Origin: Dudresnaya verticillata
Lineage: Eukaryota
Length of the DNA: 64,000 nucleotides
Direction: 5' to 3'
NCBI GenBank assembly: GCA_977862235.1
Contig: OZ374557.1
Location: 3,658,001-3,722,000, forward strand
Every line of letters starts with the position of its first letter. The first letter of the stretch is position 1. The notes under the pieces are model-generated. The model was given only the letters and a program-made list of their open reading frames with translations, was not told the DNA's origin and ran no database searches. The position numbers and the translations under genes were made by a program. Below, piece by piece: positions 1-11,049 of this stretch.

Positions 1-393
1 AGGGCGCTATCAGCAAGAGCGCTATACCGTTCCGGAATGATTAGGTGGAGGCAGCGACCATCTCAGCGACGCGTCCAGCTCACCCCATCCGAGCCGGAGG
101 ACCAGTCGAGGTCGGCATAAACGAGATACCGGACACTCCTGCTCTGACCCGCCCCGTCGGTCGCACATGGGCGACCACACCCAGCGACAACACCACCAAT
201 CCGGTATGGAATCCAATGAGAGCAGCTCAGAGGATAGCCAACACCGCCGCCGCAAGAGGAGAAACAGAACATCGCGGAAACACGAAAAAGGCATGACTCC
301 TCTACCTCTACGGATTCAGACTCAGAGAGTTCTTCCGTTACGGATAGAGATAACAGGCACCGGGCCAGAAAACACGGTTCCAAATCCGGAAAG

Positions 394-1794
394 GTGAAGG
401 TAATCCGGCCGCTACATGACAAGTTTGTCAAGGCGCTGGACTACCGCACCTACCGATTGGATAAGAGGGGTAAGACGCACGGCTCTAAGTTCTCACAGAA
501 CATGAGCCGTATACGGAAGAAACTCGACGTCCAGATGTTGTCCCATACATTCAATGGGATGGACCCTATTACCGTCTTGGGATTTCTCGCCAAGTTCCGT
601 GACGGTTGTAACATCAACGGCATCGCCGAAGGGGTTGCCGTCCGGTGCTTCCAGTTTTTCCTTAAAGGACAGGCCGAAGCCCTTCTACAGGCTAGGCTTG
701 CTGGAGGTACCATGGTGGTTGACGTGGAGCAGGCTGAGATGCTCCGCACATATTCCGAGGTGGTGAACTTTTTATTGAGAACCTACGCTACGGATGAAGT
801 GATTGCTGAAGCCTATAAGTATGTCAGCAACTTCAGGCAAACATCCGCCATGACGGAAGAGCAGTTCTCGAACCAGCTCTGGGCCAAGGCTCTCCGTTGC
901 GGTACAGTATTTTCCGATCGGGCATTGAAGTCACTGGTCATTGAAGGACTCCTACCGGGCACTCGTCAACAGATGAGAAACTATCTGGCGACGCATTCCC
1001 AGCTGGATTATCAGGCCATCACTCGCTATGCGACTGGCCTGGGTCAGTCCCATCGGGCAGCTCGACGCCAAACCGTTCCGGCTCACGTCTTTGATGGGCG
1101 CCCTAAAGCACGCCCGTCTAAGGTGTTATCGCTGGCTTCCGTCTCGGATGTACACTATGATCCGCAAGCAGATCCTTCCGTTACGGATGCTCAAGTCTTA
1201 GCTATTGAGGGAGGCCACGGTGCCGCTACGGGAACGAGCACGGGGTTACCTTTTCAACCCCGTACTCTTCACCCCCGTAAAGCGTCCACCCTACGCCGCC
1301 CAGGATGCCACGCGCGCAAGGTCCCCCCTATGGTGGATCTCGCCCGGCTCCTGGCCTCCAACAGCAGCCGAGTCACCGTTACGGAAATAATGCCCACGAT
1401 GGGCGAGGACAGCAGCAACCAGCCCCTCCGCTACGGGATGAGTCGGATCCTCGGGTCCGACGCCTTTACGGAAGTTGCAATTGCCGCATCTGCCTTTCCG
1501 CCGAACATGTTGTTTGACCGTGGATAAACGACGCCGATCGGGTTAAGCTCATGTAACAGCGTGAGCGCAACTTCCAGAGGCACTACCCTGTAGGCCGCAG
1601 GTTTGTCGTCGGAACCAGTTCGAATCCGCAAGGGAATCAGGGCAAGCCGCAAACGCCCCCTCCGCAACGGAATGCCCCGATATTATCGGTGGAGGACCAT
1701 GACGGAGTGGAATAAGTGGAATTGTGCGAGCCCATGGAGGCGGATCCGACTGGTGCACCCTTGATTTCGGAAACCTCAAGGGGGGGACACATAA
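394..1794 (+). pseudogene. gag: Gag of element A (frameshifted)
   Basis: ORF 394-1527 aligns with B gag (KALDYRTYRL vs KALDFRTYRL; VVNFLLRTYATDEVI); the Zn-knuckle-like CRICLSAEH lies in a shifted frame. Confidence 0.85.
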
Positions 1795-4203
1795 GGGCGC
1801 CGCCATCCCCGCCCCACGGCGTTCCACCTCTCGTGAGTGTGGACTCGCCCAGGGATCGGCTAGATACCGTTATGGAACTCCCATTGGCTTTTCAGACCAA
1901 TGATCCTATATGTGTTATGCAACAACAACATTATAGGATTCAAATTACCGTGGGACAGAGAGATAGCGTGATGCTTCTTATAATCTCCGTATTGGAATCT
2001 GGCGCGGGGCCAAATCTCATTAGTGCCAGGCGACTTCCCCGTCAATGGCTACCTCTCATTCGCCCCACCACCAGTCCTCCGCTACGGGATGCATCTAGTC
2101 GCGCTATCCGCCCCTTGGTCAAATTCAACTTTTCGTCCGCATCGGAGAGCTCCGTGCTCGCGTCCATTTTCTAGTGGTCGCGAACTTAGCTGCTCCGTGT
2201 ATCTTGGGGACTACCTTCATCGACCGCTATGTGAAGGCAATCCTCCCTCCGTTACGGAAAGTTGTTTTTCATCATTACCCACCGGTATCCCTTGTTGGTC
2301 AAGCCAAAATTCCGAAGACGGGTTCCGCCGCAACCGTACAGCCCTCATCTTTATCTACCGCTACGGTTTCTCAGAAAATTCGTTTAGCCAGATCTACCCT
2401 TATTCTCCCTATGACTCAAACCTCCGTAACTGTTAATTCCCCACGGGTGGGTTATGCTTTCTACAAAATCATCCTAAGCCGGCTTTTAAGCACCTTACGT
2501 TAATGGCTAATGGTATTATGGATGTTGTACCTAACAAACCGTTTCGGATTTGGGGCTCTAATTTTTCTAACAAGCCGATACGGTTGCCCAAATCTACTGT
2601 CGTGGGCCTCGCTACTGCTGCCCCTTTTGCTATTTTTACCGTTGACGGTATACCTCCATTTAAGGAGGGGGGAGGAATTATTCAATCATTTAATTCTAAC
2701 CCTACCTCCGAAAAGGCCAGCAGCATCTCCCCTCACGACAATGAAGTAAGCAAACCCGTAACGGAAAATACAAATACTACCGACTGGAAAGAACAAGTCC
2801 AGATCGGTACAGAAGAAGCATCGCTCCGTAAACGGATTTTAACCCTACTCGAGGAATATAAGTCGATGTGGAGTGGCGATCTTGGCAACATTACAGCTGC
2901 CAAGCACCGCATCGAGTTAACTCCCGGAGCTAAGCCAGTATATCAAGCCCCATACCGTGCCGGACATAAGCAGCGAGATCTCGAAAAGACAGAGATCGAT
3001 CGCATGCTTTCCGCTAAGGTAATTGAACCAGCCTCATCGGAGTGGGCCAGCCCCGTGGTTTTCGTTCCAGAAAAGGACGGCACCATGCGGTTCTGTGTTG
3101 ACTATAGAAGGCTCAATTCCGTAACGGTTAGGGACTCATATCCCTTGCCCAGGATGGATGAGTGCATAGATTCCCTTGGGGAAGCTACTGTATTTACCAC
3201 CCTGGATTGCAATAGCGGATATTGGCAAGTCGAGATTCCGGAAGAGGAAAGGGACAAAACTACCTTCACTAGCCATTTTGGATCATACCGTTTTCGGAGA
3301 ATGCCATTCGGATTGAAAAATGCACCGGCAAGCTTCCAACGGGCAGTTGATATAATCCTTTCTACGGTTAAATAGCAATTTTCCCTCGTCTACCTAGACG
3401 ATGTAATTGTCTACTCAAAAACCGTTACGGAACATTTCCACCACTTGAAGGAAGTCCTTATGCTTTTACGATCGGCTGGGGTAACGTTGAAATTGTCAAA
3501 GTGTGACTTCTTCAACGCGTCTGAATAATACCTGGGGCATGTTATCCGTCCCGGAAAATTAGAAGTGGATAATCGGAATATCCAATCCGTTAAGGTCGCG
3601 AAGCCGCCGACTAACCAAACGGAATTGCGATCCTTCTTGGGAATGTGCAACGTGTATCGTCGCTTTGTACCCAACTTCGCTCGGATTTCAGCACCGCTGA
3701 ATAAGAAAACCGGCAAGGGCTCACCCTTTGAGTTTGGAATATTATCCGATACGGAATACGAAGCCTTCGAGGAACTGAAGAGACGCCTTATCTCTCCATC
3801 TATATTGGCTCTAACCCGTCACGGATATAAAGATACGTTGGACACTGACGCATGTGACCATCAAGTCGGCTGTGTCCTTCTGCAGGAACAACCGAATGGC
3901 GATCACCTCCCTATTGGATACTGGAGCCGAAGCCTCACAGATGCGGAGAAACATTATACTACAACCGAAAAGGAATGCTTAGCTGTGGTCTGGAGCATGT
4001 TGACACTCCGACCCTACCTTTACGGTGACAAGTTTATTCTCCGAACGGATCACGATGCCCTGCGGTGGATCCTGAACCTCGCAGACTCATCTGGCCACCT
4101 AGCCAGGTGGAGGCTCCGCCTATCGGAATTTGAATTTGAAGTGCAATACCGTCCTGGAATTAAGCATCAACTCGCCGATGGTATGTCGCGACTCCGAACG
4201 GAT
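1716..4203 (+). pseudogene. pol: Pol of element A (PR-RT-RNase H) with frameshifts and premature TAG at 3373-3375
   Basis: ORFs 1716-2174, 2174-2503, 2503-3375, 3565-4254; the TAG replaces the W of VKWQF seen in B. Confidence 0.92.
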
Positions 4204-4204
4204 T

Positions 4205-6277
4205 ACAGACGCCGGTGGGTTAATCAACAGCAAGCGGTTCCCGAATCGGCGTGAGGAGATGTGGAGAGCCAAGTGGATTCACTCAAACTGTAGAGTGCGA
4301 ACTCCAACCGGGTGTGATATCGTGTGGTTGAGATGCCAGGAAGAAGAAGACTATCCCGATAAGGTGTGTCGATTGTTGGCCATGGCCCATCGACTGCGAG
4401 ATCATCCGGTTGGTGTCGATTTCCTGTGCTACGAGAAGCCGTATGACCAAGGGGTCCACTGGTTTGGGAATCCGCAACGATGGGCTGACGACGCAGCAAA
4501 AGAGCATCGACTCCGGTTGCGGAGTAGAGATGGAGGCCGCCTCGAAAGGGCGATACTCCACACTTGGAACACCAACGAATTCTTCCAGGTGCCGCCGGGG
4601 GCGCATCGTCGCTTGTACTGCACCGCTCCGGATTGGTGGGCTGAGTATGAAGTCACCCGTTGGTTGTCAGTGCCAACGCCGACGGTGGTGGCGTACTTCT
4701 CCAATCGGTTCATTCAGCATCGTTACTGGCGAGCTGCACACCCAGACGGAGAGAAGTCAGTCGACCATCCGCTAATGACGGTGTTGGGTCGGATACTCCA
4801 AGCGGAATGGGCCATGTTAGTCCTCTTCTCCTGGTTACAGGTCACCTACAGGGGTGTAAGAGCTAATACCAAGATGACCGACTGGAGGGCGTACCCACGG
4901 AGCAGAACGGATCCGGAAGGTGGCGAGTGCGGGCGCATATTGAAGCTACCAGGGCCGTTGGTTACCCTTATACACCAAGTTGGAGTAGACCGGTTGGTTG
5001 AGGGGACCGAATACCCCTTGGCGCGTGTGGAACGCCTTTTCGCGGTTCACGCAGACAACAATTGGGAGCGAACGCCAGGGTTCATCGGTTATCATTGTAA
5101 TGACGACCGCGTGTTGTCGGTGCCGCCTCTAAACTCCGGGTGTGGTATGGCGTATTTCCTATCGGAAGAAGACCCCGAGCCGGCGTGGTTGATCGACGAG
5201 AAGATGTCAAACTGGCACGCGATGCGCTCCCGCTCGAGATTCTACCCCATGACGGAGGGGCCATCAAGGGCTCCGCTGTCACGCGAGTGGGGTACTCCAT
5301 CCGGTATGCCGCATCAACAGGGACGCCTCGACAGTCCGCCTGCTGACGAGATTACACCGATGGGGGTTGAAAAGATTGAGAAGGTGCACGGGGACCCAAG
5401 GGTCCTCGTGCCAAGAGAATCCCCTGGTGGAGACGCCATAAAGGTGTGAGGCGACCGCACGACTGCGTCGCCCAAGAAGACCGTAACGGAGTCTCCTCCT
5501 GTAGGAGCGGAGATCGAGACGCAGGGGGGTTTGTCGGGGGTGGCTGCAGCATCCACACCAATCGGGGCTTCGAAACACGTTGTCCCGCCGGAGATCAACA
5601 AGAACATCAACTTGGACAAGGCGGCTAATACCGTAGCGGTAGTTTGTCAGAAGCCTACGGTAGTAGCTGCAGCCGTGGCTAAGTTGGGCCCCGTCGGGGA
5701 ACACGAAGACTCCGAAATGGAATAGGACGCTACACCGGTGGGGACCGACCAAGTGGAGGCACTCGCGACCACACGGCCTGGAGTAGCCGTGAAGACCCCT
5801 GCACCGAAGCGGGGTGAAGTTGCCAAACCGGTGTCGCCCGCGTCGAGTGACTCCGTGACGTTTGTGGCCGCTGCGGGTCCAGGTGGAGGGCCACCCCGTC
5901 ATATCGACCCCGTGGTGGTGAAACAAGAAGAGGATGCCCCGAAGGAGATGCCGAGTTGGACCGAAGCGGAGTTGCGCGTAGATGGGGCTGCCCTGCAGCG
6001 ACTCCGCGAAGGGTGTAGAGATGCGGGCATGCCACTTCCAGTGTCGGCGAACGAAGCCATTAACACCGCCGTGCTGTGGGTCGGGCGTCTGGTGCGCCTA
6101 CGGCGTACCATTCGCGCTTTGCGTCGACGCATGGCAGACACCGGCAGGAGACTCACCATGATTACCGCAAGGGTGTACGATGAAGATATTCCAGACTTGG
6201 AGGAGAGTGCGGCAAAAGAGGAGGAGACGGAGGCTGACCTGGCGCCACCAGCGAAGCGTCCACGAAATGCAGTGTAA
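4205..6277 (+). pseudogene. Antisense extra ORF of element B (~690 codons, two in-frame stops), unknown nuclear protein
   Basis: ORFs 4130-5449, 5531-5725 and 5738-6277 share one frame, separated by TGA (5447) and TAG (5723); Trp-rich N-part, low-complexity linker, helical C-part ending PPAKRPRNAV. Confidence 0.7.
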
Positions 6278-6466
6278 GCGTAGAAATGCCACTTGTCAAT
6301 AAAATCTTGTGATTTGTGTGAGCCCCCTTCCGCTGGCGGAGGGGAAGTGAGATAACACCACTGTGGAGAGATTCTTGAAGTGGAGGGGCTACCCTGCCCC
6401 ACAGAAGGCTTTGCGTCCGGTTGACGACCACCTATTACCAGAAATGGTTGCGCGCTTGCCGTCGAT

Positions 6467-6624
6467 TCACCAATATGGAGTAGAGCCCCTTGGGCAAGGG
6501 TTCTGGGATTCCAGAGTCCAGAGGTCATGCCCGTTTTGTACCAGCGCCAAGTCACCAATACGGAGTAGACCCCCTTGGGCAAGGGTTCTGTGAACACGGA
6601 GTCCACGGGTCATGCCCGATTTTG
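6467..6624. repeat. Imperfect ~85-bp direct repeat (2 copies) with hairpin, in the 3' region of B
   Basis: tcaccaata(t/c)ggagtaga(g/c)ccccttgggcaagggttctg...gtcatgcccg at 6467 and 6552. Confidence 0.8.
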
Positions 6625-6658
6625 CCAAACCCCTACTGCGTGGGTGAGTAGCGACTGG

Positions 6659-9600
6659 CTATCGACGCGTGGGAGCTCTGCGACGTCGAACTGCAGCGGC
6701 TGCCGTGCGCTTTCTATTCCAATAGCGGTGTATGAAGTTTTGTCGCAACTCCTCAGCGGGTTCATACGTGTCCTGGTCTGGTGGGTAGCCATACCAACGC
6801 ACCTTGTAGGTCATACCCGTGGGTTCTTCGCGGTGTCCCACGATCTGCTCGATGACATACTCCGTGTCGGCATCAATTGTTTCCGGCACGGGGGCAGAAA
6901 TACCGCCTGGCGTTTGGGGCGTTACAGTAATACCACCTGGTGTTTGGGGTACTACTGTGATGTCTCCCGCCTGCTGGGATACTGTACCGTCCATGTCGGT
7001 GTGTGGCGTAACCGGCGGAGCCCATAGCGGCACCGGTTGCACGGGAACTCCAATTGGTACCTTAGTGATGCGATCGATGCTGATGGGAATCAGGACGCCA
7101 TCCTTCTTGATAGTGACTACAGTATCCGTTGCGGTGTGCACGTCGTAGGGGCCCGTCGATCTTGGGAGGAGCTTCTTCATTTGCTCCGCAAATTCACCGA
7201 CGTGGTCAGGGCCTGGACCCAATCGGTCGCGTTCCTTCCGTTCGGTGGGCCGTAGATTACGCGGCGGGCGATCTACGTAGACCTCATCGCCACCGCGAAC
7301 CACCGGTCGGAAGCGCACCTTACGGTCGAATAGGGCCTTGGAATTCAACTGGGCTGTAGTCTGTTTGGTCTGCGCCTTCTGTAGGGCGTAACGCAAACGC
7401 CGCATGGTTCCCCGCTTTTGGAGTACGGGCGTCATACGCCCCTCCGTAACGGTTTCTTCCAACTCCACAGGGGTGCCACGCACAATAATATCCGATGGGT
7501 GTCGAATTAACACCAAGTCAAAAGGAGTAGTATCCGTGATCCGGTGTACCTGAATATTGTAGGAGTAGGTTAACGGCTGTAGATATAAATCCCAATCGGT
7601 GTGGTGATCCTCGACGTAGTGTCGGAGGCGCTGCGCTATGGTTGTGTTAAACCGCTCGGCCTGCCCGTTGGTTTGCGGGTGATAGGCAGCGGTCAGCAAA
7701 TGTCGCACTCCGAGTAGGGCACAGACAGCGTCAAAGAACTTCGCCGTGAACTGTCTTCCATTGTCGGTGAGTACAAATTTAGGTGCGCCTACGCATACAC
7801 CCAATGGTCTAAAAATGCGTTCGCCACCACGACGGCTGTAATCGTCCGTAACGGAATGCACCGTGTTAGCTTAGAAAACCGATCTGTGATGACCAGTACA
7901 AAGACGTATCCCCGTTTGGTTTTCGGCAGCGGGCCCAATATGTCCGTAGCGACAAACTCGGGCCACTCGCGGGAAATAGCTTCAAGAACTTCTGATGCTT
8001 AAACCGCGTGCCCTTGGTTTTGACACATGAGCGGCAACTCCGAACGGTCTCGAATACATCGTTAGCCATATGTGGCCAATAGTAGTCTCTCCGTAAGGTG
8101 TAGTACATCTTAATTCCACCAGGGTGTCCCGACATCAAGGTGTAGTGGGCAAGATGCAGGACCCTGCCGCGCATCTGTTGCGGTATCACCTTTTGGAGTG
8201 CGCCGTCGAGGCCAGACTTGCGCACAAGAAACCCATGTCGGTCGTAGTCAAATTGTGATCCAGGGGATCCCACCGATTCGGCTTTAAGCTTGCAGAAAGT
8301 ATCTGTTGCTTGCGCGGCTATGAACTCCTCACGGGTAAGGGTCTCATTGCGCATATCCTCTTGTTGGATGACTGTTTGCTGGAGTGGAGTGGGTGGTACT
8401 GTATCCTTTTCAGGCGTAGTATCCGTTTCGGTGTCTCCACTTTCAACGCCTAGGACAAGGCTGCTTGCGGCATCAGGCTGCTGGGTCTGTTTCCAATTGG
8501 TTAATCGCACACCATGTTGCACTACACCATTAGGAGTCGATTCCATAACGAAGCAAGGCACTTCCTCCTCCAACTCAGCTTTGCCAACACCACCTGTTCG
8601 GAGTCTCGACATACCGTCTGCGAGTTGGTGCTTGATACCAGGGCGGTATTGTACTTCGAGCTCAAATTCCGATAGGCGTAGCATCTTGCTAAGCGTCCAG
8701 ACGCATCGGCTAGACTCAATATCCAGCGTAATGCGTCGTGATCCGTACGGAGTATAAACTTTTCACCGTAAAGATAGGGGCGTAGCGTTAGCATACTCCA
8801 AACGACAGCAAGGCACTCCTTTTCAGTGGTTGTATAGTTCTTCTCCGCATCGGTTAGACTTCGGCTCCAGTAACCCACTGGTAGATTATCTCCACTAGGT
8901 TGCTCCTGGAGAAGGACACACTCAACTTGGTAATCACAAGCGTCGGTATCCAACGTATAATTGAAACCGTGACGGGGTAAAGCCAATATTGGAGGGGAGA
9001 TTAAGTGTCTCTTTAGCTCCTCAAAGGCGTTAAACTCCGTTTCGGTGAGAGTTCCAAACTCGAATACCAGACCCTTGCCGGTTTTCTTATTGAGTGGCGA
9101 AGCAATACGTGCGAAATTGGGAACGAAGCGTCGATAGACGTTACATAATCCTAGAAAAGAGCGCAACTCCGTTTGGTTTGTAGGTGGCTTAGCCTCCTTA
9201 ACGGCGAGAATATTCTTCCGTTCCACTTCCAGTTGGCCCGGGCGCACTATGTGGCCCAGATACTGTACGGAAGTGTCGAAGAAGGCATACTTTGATAATT
9301 TCAGCGTTACGCCTGCGGAACGGAGTAGCGTGAGGACCTCCTTAAGGTGTTCGAAATGCTCCGTGACGGTGTTAGAATATACAATCACATCATCCAGGTA
9401 GACTAAGGAAAATTGCCATTTCACCGTAGATAGGATGATGTCAACCGCCCGTTGGAAAGTAGCCGGTGCGTTCTTGAGCCCAAAAGGCATTCTCCGGAAG
9501 CGGTATAATCCATAATGACTGGTGAAGGTAGTTTTGTCACGCTCCTCCTCGGGGATCTCTACTTGCCAGTAGCCACTATTACAATCCAGAGTGGTGAATA

Positions 9601-11049
9601 CTGTAGCTTCTCCAAGGGAGTCGATACATTCATCCATCCGGGGTAAAGGGTATGAATCCCGAACGGTGACAGCGTTAAGACGCCTGTAATCGACACAAAA
9701 CCGCATGGAGCCGTCCTTTTTAGGAACGAAGACCACAGGGCTGGCCCACTCCGAAGCGGATGGCTCGATCACCTTGGCGGACAACATACGATCCACTTCT
9801 GCCTTCCCCAGCTCGCGCTGTTTATGTCCTGCTCGATATGGTGCTCGATACACCGGTTTGGCACCAGGCATTAATTCGATACGGTGTTTCGCGGCAGTTA
9901 TATTTCCTAACTCGCCGTTCCACATAGTGCTGAACTCCTCGAGGAGTGTAACCACCTTAGCGCGGAGTTTTTCATCCTTGGCACCAATATGGATGTTATC
10001 TTTCCAATCGGTGTCAGGGGTTGTAGTTGATTCCGATACGGTGTTTCCTTTGAATACATCTTGGGGTGTAGCCTTGCTGCTTTCATGAGGAGGAGTAGGA
10101 AAGGAATTAATATGTCCTCCCCCTCCTTAAATGGAGGTACACCGTTAACGGTGAGTATGCCATAGGGAGCCGCAGTAGCGAGGCCCAGGACGGTAGACTT
10201 TGGCAACCGCACCGATTTGGGGGAAAAATTAGTCAGCCACACCTCAAAGGGCTTGTTAGGGATTATATCCATAACTCCATTAGCCATAAGGGTGAGGTGC
10301 TTATGGATGGGTTTGGGATGGTTTTGAAGAAAACACAAACCACCGGTAGGAGTGGTGACCAATGCAAGGGATTGGGTCATAGGGGGGATAATAAGGGATT
10401 TTGCTAGTCGGAGCTTTTGCGATACCGAAGCGGATGACACAGGGGGGCCCTGAAGGGTAGAAGCAGCCACCGTTTTGGAGTGTCTGGTTTGTCCCATTAG
10501 CGAAACCGGAGAGTGGTGATGAAAAACAACTTTCCGTGCCGGTGGGAGGATCGCCTTGACATGATGATCAATGAAACTGGTTCCCAGAATACACGGAGCA
10601 GCGAGGTTCACGCCCACCAGGAAGTGGACTCGAGTACGCAATTCTCCGATACGGACAAAAAGTTGAATGACACCAAGAGGGCGTATCGACCTATTGGACG
10701 CATCCCGTAAAGGTGGACTGGCAGCGGGGCGATTCAACGACAACCAGTGGCATGGAAGCCGTCTGGCGTTAATGAGATTTGGCCCAGCACCAGAATCCAA
10801 TACGGTGATGAGAGGCAACATGAGATCATTGCTCCTTCCCACGGTAATCTGGATTCTATAATTCTGCCGTTGTAGAACACAGACAGAATCACCGGGTGGT
10901 GGAAATTCAAGGGGGATTTCTGGAACAAAATCAAGGGGGTACTCCGTAATGGTGGCGGACTGACAGTACGGCAAAGCCCGTATTGGTGGGCGTATTACGT
11001 CGCATTGAGGAGACGGGGACGCCCTTACACGTCTCCTGCGACGTTTTCC
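6659..11049 (-). pseudogene. pol: Pol of element B: PR-RT-RNase H-integrase-chromodomain, several frameshifts
   Basis: ORFs 9907-10974, 8522-9955, 7866-8684, 6659-7861; chromodomain EYVIEQIVGH...YKVRWYGY...DTYEP. Confidence 0.95.

Larger units (their letters stand above)
1..4203 (+). mobile_element. Ty3/Gypsy LTR retrotransposon A, degenerate, 3'-truncated after RNase H; 5' end outside window
   Basis: gag, protease (LESGAGPNLI), RT (WASPVV, FCVDYRRLN, YLDD) and RNase H (DTDACD, EKECLAVVW) in Gypsy order; close paralog of element B; similarity stops at GMSRLRT (~4203). Confidence 0.93.

Noticed and set aside
4130..4204. N-terminus of the 439-aa ORF
   Set aside because: It is an off-frame reading of element A RNase H upstream of the deletion junction, not the true start
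4205..6277. env gene
   Set aside because: Antisense to gag-pol, with no signal peptide or TM segment, and NLS-like motifs instead
6467..6624. Hammerhead ribozyme/retrozyme in the hairpin repeats
   Set aside because: No CUGAnGA/GAAA core seen on either strand
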